Below, one piece after another: positions 50,377-62,729 of a DNA stretch of 64,000 nt; the first letter of the stretch is position 1; the number at the start of each line of letters is the position of its first letter. Position numbers and translations under genes: made by a program. The DNA comes from Chiloscyllium plagiosum (taxonomy: Eukaryota). The stretch lies in contig NC_057719.1 of NCBI RefSeq assembly GCF_004010195.1, forward strand, positions 94,818,299 to 94,882,298, read 5' to 3'. Below the pieces are notes generated by a model. It was not told the origin of the DNA, did not search any database, and saw only the letters and a program-made list of their open reading frames with translations.

Positions 50377-53300
50377 GTTAAGAAAGCATATGGTATGTTG
50401 GCTTTCATTAGCTGGAGGATTGTGTTTAAGAGCTGAGAGGTTATGCTGCAACTCTATAAAGTCCTGGTTCCCCACACTCGGAATATTGTGTTCAGTTCTC
50501 ATTGCCTCATTACAGGAAGGATGTAGAAGCTTCAGGGATTTACCAGGATGTTGCCTGGACTGGAGGGCTTGTCTTATGAAGAAAGGTTGAGGGAGATAGG
50601 GCTTTTCTCATTGGAGTGAAGAAGGATGAGAGGTGACTTGACAGAGGTGTACAAGATAATGAAAGGCAGAGATAGAATGGATAGCCAGAGAATGTTCCCA
50701 GGGCAGAAATGACTATCATGTGGGGGTATAATTTTAAGCTGATTGGAGGAAGGTTTAGGGGAGATATCAGAGGCAGGTTCTTTACACAGAGTGGTGGGTG
50801 CGTTGAATGCACTGCCAGCAGTGGTAGAGTCAGATACATTAGAGACATTTAAGCATCTCTTGGATAGGCACATGGATGATAGGAGAATCGACGTCCTGAA
50901 GAAGGGCCTGTGCCCGAAACGTCGAATCTCCTGTTCCCTGGATGCTGCCTGACCTGCTGTGCTGTTCCAGCAATAAAGTTTCAACTATCAAAGTATTTAC
51001 CACAGAGTTAGATTTAATTTACTTTTGCTGACACACTGTGGAACTGATTGAATCAAACTTAGCTATTAAAACTTATGCCCGAAACGTCGATTCTCCTGCT
51101 CCTTGGATGCTGCCTGACCTGCTGTGCTTTTCCAGCAACACATTTCCAACTCTGATCTCCAGCATCTGCAGTCCTCACTTTCTCCACATGGATGATAGTG
51201 AAATGAAGAGTATGTAGATTAGTTTCATCTGATAGTAGGATAAAAGGTCAGCACAACATCAAGGGCCGAAGGGCCTGTACTGTGCTGTAAAGTTCTGTGT
51301 TCTATGATTTTGAGCAAACTATTAATTTGAACATTTCAGTTCTCCTGCTGAATAATGATCACATGTAAGGACTGATTTACCTGCTGACCTTGTGAAAGGC
51401 CTTACCAACTTATTCAACACTGCATTAGTATCAAAGTATTTACCACAGAGTTAGATTTAATTTACTTTTGCTGACACACTGTAGAACTGATTGAATCAAA
51501 CTTAGCTATTAAAAGAATTCTTGGAATCCTATAGTAAGAGCTTTACTTGTCCAAATGATCCTTACATTTAAAGTACAGTTTTGCTATTATTGAACATACT
51601 GCAATAGTTTTTAACCACAGATTTAAAACGTAAGCATTGAATTCCAAAGTACAGGAGTTCTAATATGTATAATATAAGAAACACGAATGATTGTACGAAT
51701 GAAAGCACTCCTATACAGGGGTATAATTTTAAAGATCCAACATATAAACATTTCCTGTACTTACTTTATATCGTCCTGCATTTTGTTCCAACTTGAGAAC
51801 AAACTGACTTATAAACAGATCCCAGGATGGAACCCGTTAAACATGTTCCCCTGGTGTGCTTAAAAAATGAGTTGATAGTTTTCCTCACCTAACACATCAT
51901 TATTTTGCCTTACACTTGAGCTGTGATGGAAGTGCAAGTGAAAATAGAACTGCTCAATCAAGAGGTGTGGCCAAGTTAAAACTGACAAAATAAACAGACT
52001 CACAAAACACTCTTTAGGTTTTGACCTCTGTTTTCATTTTAGAGCCAGACAAGCATTAAACAAAGACTTTAATCTTTAAAACCTGTCAACTTTACATTTA
52101 ACAAGCAGTCGTACTGTTGCTCCATACAAAACAACTACAAATTGACAGGTATGTACAAAAATCAACAATTAAACAATTTCAGGATGCCAGAAAGCATTAA
52201 TCAAAAGCACATGATACAGTTAATGAAGACAAAACTTCCATTAAATAGAATTCTGCTACATGCAGCTTGCTGAAAATAGATGTTTGATTAAAGATGACCA
52301 TTGCTAACAATGTGTGTTCCATGAAAAAACAATGACTAACAAATGTCATTTGCTGAATTTTTAAATGTGTCAGAACAGCATGGAATCGAGTTACAGCACG
52401 CAATAAAATAGCACTATTAAAGTCAAATGAACAGCTGGGTGGATAATGTAAATGAAGATTTGGCAACAACTCAGATCATAGACATAATAGCCAGTGTAAA
52501 TTTATTATCTGCCTTAATCATTCTTTGAAAATGTGTGCACCTGATAATACCAGCACTGCAAACAGTTACACTTCAATGGGTGAAATGCTTTTCATCAAAA
52601 TATTGCAGGTGCTCTTACATTTGTTGCTATTTTGAGGGCCAATTGTTGGGGAGTCAACTTCAAATGTGAATTGATTATTTTATTCCTGCTGTGGTCGAAA
52701 TTGTACAAAAAAAAGACATCTAATTAGGTCAATTCTATCCAACATCCAGCACATTATGTTAACCAAATTGCTAAACTGGTTGAATGAAAGGTATTATAGC
52801 ATTACAAATAGATTCACTAGAGTATAAGAACGACGATCTGTTTTATTGCAAATAATGTTATGAAATTGGTATACACAGATTGGATTTTTACATTGATCAG
52901 ATCAAAAATAGAACATAAACATAATGCAAAAGAGAATTCAAAATTAAAGGAACACCTTTTGAACTGAAAACTGGACAATTGAACTGATCTGAATCCTAAT
53001 GATCGCTGATTTAGTTAACTGCAGGAACCATTTCAGCTACATTCCTATATCCTGGAAAATCACAGAAATGCTTATGCTTTCATTGTCATAGACACCAATT
53101 TCGGTGCAACAGTGTCACAGCAGATTCCTTATCACCATTGCGTGCAAAAGCTTGTTTAAAAATATGATTGCTTTCAAGTATCATGTTCTTACCCCATAGT
53201 GTTTTTGGATAAATGAGGCAGTTATATTTACTAAGCAAAAATATTGATTATTTACAACTTCTCTACACCAAATAAGTATTTTTAACTTGCAACTAATTAA

Positions 53301-56300
53301 AATGTATCTATAAAGAGATGAGAATTTCTATTCACACTTTTTTATATAAGTTGACAGTTGAGATGTAATACTCTGTTAAAAGAAAACTATTATTAATATC
53401 TGTCTTGTGTTGAATAATATTACATTTTCAGCTTTTCTTTGCTAAAGATTTACTGAGAATGCATATGCCCAGCTTGTGCTAACATCAATTTTAACTCTTT
53501 ATAGTTGTTAAATAAGGAGTCAAAATCTTCCCTGTAGAAGAACCAACCAATTTTGTAAATTATATGGCAGATGGAGAAAATATACTTGCTGGATCTTGTG
53601 CCCAATGGAAATATTGCTCTAGTGTCTGATGACATTACTTTTTATTCTACATCATAAGTTGGAATGATAAATATTTCTGTTATTTTGAAGTCTTCTGAGA
53701 TACTAAAGGAACAAAGCTAAAATATGTTTTTAATTGGTCAAGTAAAGAAGTAACATTTTTAAACACAGTTCAACTTTAAAAAAATGATACTGGCTAAAAC
53801 ATTGTACATTCAAGATTAGTACCAGATATTTTTGTCATTAAACTTATGCTATTATTATAAATTATTTTGCCAAAACTGGAAAATTTTGCATTTACATTAA
53901 CATTTTTGTATTTTTTGTGCAAGGGAAGTACAAATGTGGAAAATGTTTACAAATTTGCACATACTTTTATCTTCCTACAGTTCTTCCATTTTAGTTTTAA
54001 AGTGTTTGTCATCTTGGTTACAGTTAAGCCTATTTCTTCTGAACTAATTAGCAGGTCAGGAAATAATTTGGTTAAATAATTCAATGGCAATTCATTTTAT
54101 TTTCCTTTCAGGCTGGTTTAAGAAATTTCAATTACAAACGTTTGATATAATTGATTCAAACTCACGTCAGTTTAGTTAATGCTTTCAAAATATGTGAACC
54201 TAATTAGTATCTAATTTTGGCAAAAGATTTCATCTTATAAAAAAAGAAATTGATGATTGAAAAAAAATTCTGTGCAGTTCCTATAATTCATTAAAATTGT
54301 AAGCATGATTTTCTGAAGTTGTTTTCTAAAATATAACAACCAATAAATCATCACCAATGATGAGTTTCTTGCATCCTTAATGTATTTCCCATGTTTCTAC
54401 AGTTAAGATGTTGTTAAACAATTACAACTTGTGTCTTAGTAGATAAAGTTGTCATTTTATGATGAGTTAAGGTATTGTTGCACCACTGGTCCTGTAATGT
54501 CAATCTGTGCAGAATCTGCAACTTAGTGATTTGTTTATTTTTCTAGCGTGGTGTGCAGATTGTATCTGTCATGCATTCAATGGCTTTGATTTTGAGAGAA
54601 TAAAAAGTGCAGGGTCAGTTACATTGGTAATCAATGTCTATGTACTTGGTCAAATAACCTATTTCCTTTTGGCCTCATATTTAAGAGCTATAACAATGTC
54701 AATGATCAATCACTCCCATATTCTTTTCCTACGGTATTAAGTCTAATAATTCTCATAATATCTATTAATTGTAAAGCTGCATGATCCCACAATTTTCTTT
54801 ATTCTTTTTTTTATTTTTCAAAATTAAAAGCATGATTATAAATATTGAACAAAAATGGTACATGAATGAAACCAGAGACAGCATAAATTGTATTTTTAAT
54901 TTCTTTAGTTCAATACTTTTACTTATGCCTAATCTTTGCTTATAATTCAAATGTATTTCACCAAATAAATACAAGCATTCGAAAATATGCTTTGATTACG
55001 TAACTGCAGTGTTATAAAATTGGTTCTTCGGGTTTACTGCTCAAGCTGCTGAATAATCATTGTTGGTTTAAGCATGAGCACACCTGGGAACTTATTCCTA
55101 ATTGACAGAACTTCAAGGAAAATATCATAAAAAGCTCTTTATTACATTAATTAAATTGAATTAGAGGCTTTGAAAGTTCAAACTATCTTGGGAATAACGT
55201 AGGAATTAAAATTTCACTGTCAGATATCATATAAATGTCTAACATGCTCATTTCAAACTCCTTTGTTGCTGAACAGAAGTATAAACCTACACAAATATTG
55301 AGGCAGAAAGGAAATTGATATCCTGTGGTTTCATACGGTTCCATGTTTAAGCTACTCATGGTTAAATTTTGGAGTCAACAATTATCTGAGTGACGTTACT
55401 CTCAACATACCAAACATGAAGAATCGAGAAAACCAGAGGGACAACTGTTCCTTCAAAAACTCTTCCCTAACCTCATAAGAAAAACCCTCTGGCTTTTTCA
55501 AGCTATTGATTTTTGTGTTGCGTGTTCATGTGATCAATGCGAGACTATTTTGTTTAGCTCTAATAAATAAGAATGGGTTGGAAGCTGTATTCCATTTGCC
55601 ATGCTGAAGCAAAAACTACAACTAAATAAAACCTCTTATAATTGTATTTTAGAAATGTTTGAAAGTGCGTCAATAAATTCAAAAGCCTGACAATGAGAGA
55701 AATCTAAAAAAAAAATTGAAGCTTATTTCATAAAATGGTATGAACATTCTTGAATTCTGAACATTTGGACATGATAAAATATGACCACATTAGAGCAGAT
55801 TAATGCTAAACCCAAAATCAAGATAGACATGTCATCAGTGTTGATGCCCCCTTTTCTATTTCCCAGCATCTTTTCAACAAAGCCATCAACAGTGAAACAG
55901 AGTAATAATATATGGTATGTGGAATATAACTTTATTTCAACAATGTTTCTTACTAAGCCAAAATCAAAATCATGTTAACTGTCCTTGCCATGGTGACCTT
56001 ACATGGAAGAGAAAGAAACCATTGTAAGAGCAGAGTTCATTGCATCACTGCCAAATTAATTTAGCTGGCTTTCAGAAGTTATATTTATGCTTTTCATAGA
56101 CAGAATCAATGAGAAATCACACGTCAAATTAGATAATATTGTGTTGCTTGAGCAGCATGTATGTGCTAAGATGAGAAACAGAAACAGCACTCTCTTCCAT
56201 GTTATGTGGAACCAATGGCAGTCACAGGTCGATTATGGATGCATGTGGAAAGATGACATAATGAGATGGAAAGATGCTTCTTTTATCAACAGAGCTTTGA

Positions 56301-58505
56301 AACAGATAACTGTAAATCATGGTTTTTGGTTTTAGTTAGCACTTCTTGATCAAGAAGTTTTTAAGAACTCCATTTGCATCTTTAGGATACAGAATTATCC
56401 TAAATATAAAGATATTTCTTGTGATAAAACTTGAACCAATTCCATCAGTGACAACACTCTGGTCTTGAATATGACATAATTTATATTGTGATCAAGGTAA
56501 CAAGCTTCAGAGCTTCTGAACTATGTCATCATTTCTTTTGAAAACTATGTAATCTCAATCCTTCTCCCTCTCTCCCTGTCTCACAAATGCCCCATTTTGC
56601 ATTTTGCAATTTGCTTCCAGTAATTGTATGGCTGTCACCATGGGATGATTTAAATATGAATTCAGATCATCAGACAAAAGATTATAGGTATTATAATTTG
56701 GTTTTCATTGCCAATTTTCCCATGAGCTCAATCTGCGTTTTTGAACTTGTACTGACTTGCCTGAAGAGCTACTCTTTTGACCAAATAATTATTGCTGAGA
56801 CTTGACTGTGGGTACACATTCAATTCATAGAGAAGGAGTGAGAAGAGGGAATGGCATAGGTCAACCCAAAAAACAAAACCCTGTACTCATCCAATTTCCA
56901 TGCAAGGGCATTTCAAAGGAAGGATCACTGATCCAAAGTCAATGAGCAGAAATGCTCCCTAATTCTTATTGACTAACTCAGGCCAAAGATACCAATTGCA
57001 GCATGCCTCCTACCTGTCCAATGAAATTTTGTATCTTGTACAGAATCAGGAAAGACTTATACCTCAACCTGATATGCATCGAGACTCAGTTTAATGTTGC
57101 TTTATAAAAGGAACTTTTGAGGCACTATGTTGCCAAATTATTAATATGATCCTGTAGAATCAATAATATAGTATACATAACAAAATGTTATGTACGTCAA
57201 TGATTTTGATAAAATGGTGAATTTTAAAAGTAGTTTAGCTCCTTTACACCCAGATATTTCCTGAACATTAATATAGTTGGTTTAAATGTGAATTTATAAC
57301 CTGGGGATTGATAATAAATTGCAAGGAATCGTGGCCATCAACAAGGTCTCTCGGATAGTCACTAACCTTGTACTGAAAATTCAATAAGAGCTGAACAATG
57401 CAGATCAGAAACCTTGTGCAACAAGAATAATGTTTAAATGTAATGGTTACTGGGAATCTCCTTCAGCAAGGAGGGAAATATTTATTCTCAAGTGACGTGT
57501 GTTGTACACAGCAGATATTATCCATAACGTCTCTGGAGTAGGCTGACAAACAGTTGTCTATCTGTTTAATCTGTTGGAAATACAGCCAGCAATTCTCTTT
57601 GTGTCCTTGAAGGGAGTGCATGATAAGAAAGAGCAGATGTCTAGGAAATAAGAGGCAAATCAGGTGATTGGCTACCTGATTGAACACAATTTTGATTATA
57701 GATAGTGACATTCTCTTCAACTGGTCTGAATGTTACTCTGTGCAGCATTCTTTTAGCTTGGCTGGTTTTGAAAATTGAATCTAATTTTTTCTTTGCCTGG
57801 TAAATTAGTTCATCCAGAAGACATGTACCAAAGTTAAGATCCAATTTGCCAAAGCTCATTTATTAACTTGGGTGACCATTGGTTTTCTTCTGAGACATCA
57901 TCAACATGAAAAATTACATCTGCTCAATTTTCCAAAATTGAATCGAAAATAGGACTCACCCTGAGAAGGCCGGGCCAGAACATAGTGTGATTTAGGTGGT
58001 CAGTCGGTGGGGTGACATCCTCTTTCCTGAAATAACTGCACAGAGGCCAGTGTCCTGTCACCAATCACCCTTTATTTGTAAGTGCACAGTACATGGACTC
58101 TGACCAACCAGCTCAGAGCCAGGCAATAGAGTGAGGAGACAACTTTGTTCCAATCAACACAGTCATGCTGTAGTAAGATAAAATGTGCCTTTTCATGAGT
58201 CAGGATTACATTCCTGCTGAGTGTAACAGGCCATTACATTCTCAGTTTTGTGGTCGTCAAAAACACATGGGCCTTTTACATGAGTCTCCTGTTTCTAAGT
58301 ATGTACTGCCTACAATTGTGATCAGGCAATGATCAGTTTAAATCTCTTATCAGGCAGTGTTTAGAGGATTACAGGACATGTCATGCATGCAGTGAACTCA
58401 ATTCCCTGATTATGAAAAAACACAATAAGTAATTTTTCTGCTTGGAATTATGCAGATGTGTGGTTTACACATTCCCAAACATATACCAGCACGTTGCAAC
58501 GTGAG

Positions 58506-58728
58506 TCGAGAGTGTGGTGCTGAAAAGATGCAGCGGGTCAGGCAGCATCCGACAAGCAGGAGAATCAATGTTTCGGGCATAAGCCCTTCATCAGGAATGA
58601 AGGGCTGATGAAAGGCTTATAGCAGAAACATCGATTCTCCTGCTCCTCAGATGCTGACTGACCTGCTGTGCTTTTCCAGCACCACACTCTCGACTCTGAT
58701 CTCCAGCATCTGTAGTCCTCACTTTGTC
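58506..58728. mobile_element. Mini fold-back PLE pLTR with two oppositely oriented hammerhead motifs
   Basis: Inverted arms with a degenerate 16-bp TSD at 58490-58505 and 58729-58744. Confidence 0.8.
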
Positions 58729-59262
58729 CACACTGCAATGTGAGCCCTGCAATAACGCTATTGCCACAATATGGTACAAAAGCTGAAATTGCTCGAGAAA
58801 CTCAGCAGGTCTAGCAAAATTTGTGGGGAGATAAAGCAGACTTAATATTTGAAGTCCGGTGACTCTTCACCAATCACTGCACTCAAAGCATTAACTCTGT
58901 TTTCTCACTACAGATGCTGCCAGACCTGCTGAATTTTCCTGGCAATTTCTGTTTTTTTACTAATTTCCAGCATTCATACATCTTTGTCTTGTATTATTGT
59001 AACAATATGGTATCTGGCATTCAAGTTTTTGGTTTGTTGATAAGCATGTACTTGTTTCTTTGACTAAGAAAGGAATATTTGTCGTAATTATTAGCAAAAG
59101 ATGAGGACTAGCCCTGAAGAAAACACTACAAAAATATAAATTTTGTATTCTCTCTGTTTCCTTTTAATGGAAGCAACATTAACCAACTGAACCCCAGTGA
59201 CTGGCTATAACAGGGAAAGGTATTTTCAGGAGAGCACAGTGCTGTCACATTGATTAATATAG

Positions 59263-60075
59263 ACAGGCAGGAGGCGAGAAGAACACAACAAGCCAGGCAG
59301 CATCAGGAGGTAGAGAAGTCAGCGTTTTGGGTAACCCTTCTTCAGGACTGGGGGTGGGGGTAGGGGGAGCTGCAGATAAAGGGGAAGCGGGTGCACATTG
59401 TTAAAATGGGGATAGGTGAAGACAGGTAGAGGGTACAACCTGGTTGGTCAATGGGAGGAATGAATCCAGTTGGTGTCAGGGAGGAGTGGAAGAGAGGGGG
59501 GGATGCTGAGAAGGCAGTTGGGGGATGTGGAGGGAGGTTATTTGAAATTGGAGAACTCAATGAGTCCTTTGATCTATGGGGTGCTCTGGTGGAAGATAAG
59601 GTGTTGTTCCTCCAATAGGTTCCTGTGGTTTGTTTTGGCAATGGAGGAGACCAAGGATGGTCATATCAGAAAGGGAGTGGTTGGGGGAATTGAAGTGGAG
59701 AGTGACTGGGAGGTCTGGTCGGACCCTGCAGACCCGGCTGCGATGCTCGGTGAACTGTTCCCTAAGTTTACGTCCGGTCTCTCTGATGTAGAGAAGACCA
59801 CATTGGGAGCACCTGTTGCAAAAAGCTAGGTTGGAAAAGAGGCAAGTGAACCTCTGTCATTCCTCCCATTGACCAACCAGGTTGTACCCTGTCCCCACCT
59901 CCCCCTTTTTCTGCAGCTCCCCCCACACCCAGCCCCATCCCCAATCCTGTAGAAGGGTTATACCCGAAGGACTGACTTCTCCACCTCCTGATGCTGTCTG
60001 GCTTGCTGTGTTCTTCCAGCCTCCTGCTGGTTAATTTTGGATTCCAGCATCTGCAGTTATTATTGTCTCTAACCA
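59263..60075. mobile_element. Fold-back PLE fragment (GIY-YIG remnant on minus strand with inverted pLTRs)
   Basis: 59265-59470 is the reverse complement of 59857-60030. TSD acat(t/g)gattaatatag at 59247-59262 and 60076-60091. Confidence 0.8.
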
Positions 60076-60987
60076 ACATGGATTAATATAGCCCCTAATA
60101 AAAGCTCTGGATCTGAAATTCACAAACATGGTCATTGACATTGATACAAGATCCTTTTTTTGTAGCTGTTCATATGTAGAGATTTATATGCAGCCAGTTT
60201 AGCTTGAAGCTTGTTAGAATCTCAGTTTACTTGACCTGTTGTATCAATATTGTAAAGTTGCATATTTTGTTGAATTGAGAATCAGGTGCAAATGTTGAGA
60301 GCAGATAAATGCAGGATTTAAAATGTCAGTTTGACTTATAAATTTCCAAACTATATTAACAGACTATTTATCATTAAACACAAAAGCTTGTGACAGTCAT
60401 CTTTGTAAAGCTGATCTCTTGTAGTGATTCAGCATCGGATACAAATGATGGTTGTGACAGAAGGACAGACAAAACAAAGGAGGTTTTCTAATCAGACACA
60501 GCAAAGGATGGTCATACAATTCACTGAAACAACTACATAAAAACGCTGATATCATTTATGCCATATGAAGTATGATGAATAAAGAAATTTTGGGGTGATG
60601 CAGCTTTCAAATTGAAGAGCATAAGCATTTCCATTTCATATCATAGACGATGCAGAAACTTTACATATTTTGATAGTTACAAAATACCAGAAAGTACCAA
60701 AAGATACAAAATCAATTTGATCTGGAAGTTACACGTTAAACAACAAGACCTAAATTCACATTTCATTGCTTACAAAACATATAGAGCAGCTATGGCAATG
60801 GACTCCCACTATAACTGTAGGCCAAACAGCATTGCTAATTCTTCGATAATAAATTTGAAAACAATCTTCACTCACGGTAATGTCATGGTCACAAAAATAG
60901 AATAAAGCTGTCAACTTGCATAATGCAGAAAATGAAGGCAATGCCTGTAAATGAAGGCAATCAGGCACAACACAGAATGAAATTTAC

Positions 60988-61143
60988 TCATTTCTTGTGA
61001 AAGAGCAATGGTTTCACGAGGCCAGCCAGAATCTTGGGTAACTGCGTTGTTATAATCTCTGACATCATCTCTGGAAATTCCACACTCAGTGCCTGGGACT
61101 GAACAAAAGTATTCAAGCAGAACTGATGTAGTTTCTTGACAAG
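60988..61143 (-). CDS. pgr: Progesterone receptor, last coding exon (helices 11-12/AF-2 and stop)
   Basis: Acceptor ttgtctcttttcaatag. 156 bp encode [51 protein letters not shown]. The motifs [19 protein letters not shown] and the KPLLFHKK terminus match PR rather than GR, MR or AR. Confidence 0.96.
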   Translation of the reverse strand, partial: LVKKLHQFCLNTFVQSQALSVEFPEMMSEIITTQLPKILAGLVKPLLFHKK

Positions 61144-61344
61144 CTATTGAAAAGAGACAATGGAATTACCAAGACTGTGTTTTCTTTACCTGGTAAATTT
61201 CAATATTCTGCATGGTTTCTATCACATACTAATGGACATAATGAGCGATACATGCAGAAATTCTGTTGATGTCAAAGACAAAAACTTAATACAGGCTAGT
61301 ATCGGTTCCCTAGCTGTCAGTGATTTAACTGTAAACATCAGTCA

Positions 61345-62390
61345 AGGAAAACAAAGAATAGTACAGCACAGGAACAGGCTCTTCAGCCCACCAAGACTGT
61401 GCTAACACAAGATGCTGTTCTAAGCTAAAAACCTTTTGCCTCTATGCAGTCCATATCCCTCTATTCCCTGCATATTCATAAATAGGTCAAGGTGCATCTT
61501 AAATGTTGCAATTGTATTCTCTTCTACCACTTGCTCTGGCAACACATTGTAGGCGCTTACCATCCTCTGTGTAAGAAACTTGCCTCTCACGTGTTCTTTA
61601 AACTTACCCCCTTTTATCTTAAACCTATGATCCCTAATAATTGGCATTTCTACCTGGGAACAAGACTCTGACTATCCATTCTATCCACACCTCTCATTAT
61701 TTTTAAAATTTGTATCAGGTTGCCTTTCCATCCTTTGCTGTTCAAGTGAAAACAAACCAAGTTTGTCCAATTACTCCTCACTGCTAATACTCCCCAAACC
61801 AGACAATATCTTGGTAAATTGTTTTTGTACCCTATCCAAAACCTCCATATCCTTCTGTTCATGTGCCAACCACAACTTTATGAATATTCCAAATGTGACC
61901 TAACTAAAGTTCTAACCAGCTGCAATATGACTTGCTAATTTTTAATCTCTGTGCCCTGACGGACGAAGGCAAGCATGCTATATGCCTTCTTGATCACCTT
62001 ATCCACTTGTGTTGTCACTTTCCGGGAACTGTGGGCATGTATGCTTGGTTCCCCCTGTATGTTGGTATTACAAAATGCTCTGTCATTTACTGTAGATTTC
62101 CCTCCTGAATTAGATTTTCCAAAATGCTTCATCTCACATTTGTCTAGATTAACTTCCACCTGCCATTTCTCCACCCAAGTCTCCAACCTATCTATATCCT
62201 GCTGTATCCTCGTGCAATTCTCCTCATTATCCACAGTTCCCAAAATCTACATTCTCCTCGGAATTATTTATGTATGTTATAAACAACTGGGATCCGAGCA
62301 CTGATCCCTGTGGAACACCACTGGTTACAAATCCCCATCAGAAAAACACTATTTTACTGTTACTCTTTGTCTCCTATCACTATTAATGCT
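61345..62390 (-). mobile_element. CR1 LINE fragment in the last pgr intron
   Basis: Minus-strand [36 protein letters not shown] and RGKFLTQRMVSAYNVLP. Confidence 0.85.
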
Positions 62391-62505
62391 TTGCCTTATA
62401 TGTCCATACAATAATGAGTAGATGAAAGTCACATGAACATGTAAAACATTTGCCATCTGGTTGCAAGCAACAATTATTTCTGATATTATTCCTTTCAGTA
62501 AGGAG

Positions 62506-62729
62506 TACATTTAGTTCTGATGTTAAGTGATAGTCCTGTTCTTGTGCAATCTCATGTTATAAGAAAATCGTGCAATAGCCATGGCATTTTGAACTAATGG
62601 GGCTGGAATCATGTTATGGCCAATACAGGTAAGAAAAGTTCGCATTCTGCAAACAAGGGTCTAAAACATGCAATCATGTTAAAGCCAATTTACGTTGAAG
62701 AAACACCTGTTATAGCAAAACAGACTGCA
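62506..62729. mobile_element. Possible degenerate Tc1/mariner-pogo (Tigger-like) MITE
   Basis: Right end gttatagcaaaacagactgca resembles a pogo-type TIR. The left end tacatttagttctgatgttaa is only a partial inverted match. Confidence 0.35.

Larger units (their letters stand above)
47485..51306 (+). mobile_element. CR1 LINE split by a PLE palindrome (47666-49409), an HE1 SINE (~50047-50376) and a composite PLE insertion (50883-51184)
   Basis: RT sequence resumes collinearly across the insertions (LIRDS|QHGF; HMDD|S), with TSDs visible at the two PLE insertions. Confidence 0.85.
51310..60987 (-). other. pgr: Putative long pgr 3' UTR / downstream unique region
   Basis: Directly follows the pgr stop codon. 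AT-rich, with no recognisable LINE/SINE over ~51.3-58.0 kb, unlike the rest of the window. Several minus-strand AATAAA signals (plus-strand TTTATT near 52501, 52842, 54534). The true transcript end is not determinable. Confidence 0.4.

Noticed and set aside
61117..61125. Phe at the position of human PR Tyr890 in the ligand pocket (LHQFCLNTF)
   Set aside because: A conservative change. Phe also occurs at this position in MR and AR, and Cys891, Thr894, Phe905 and Met909 equivalents are conserved.
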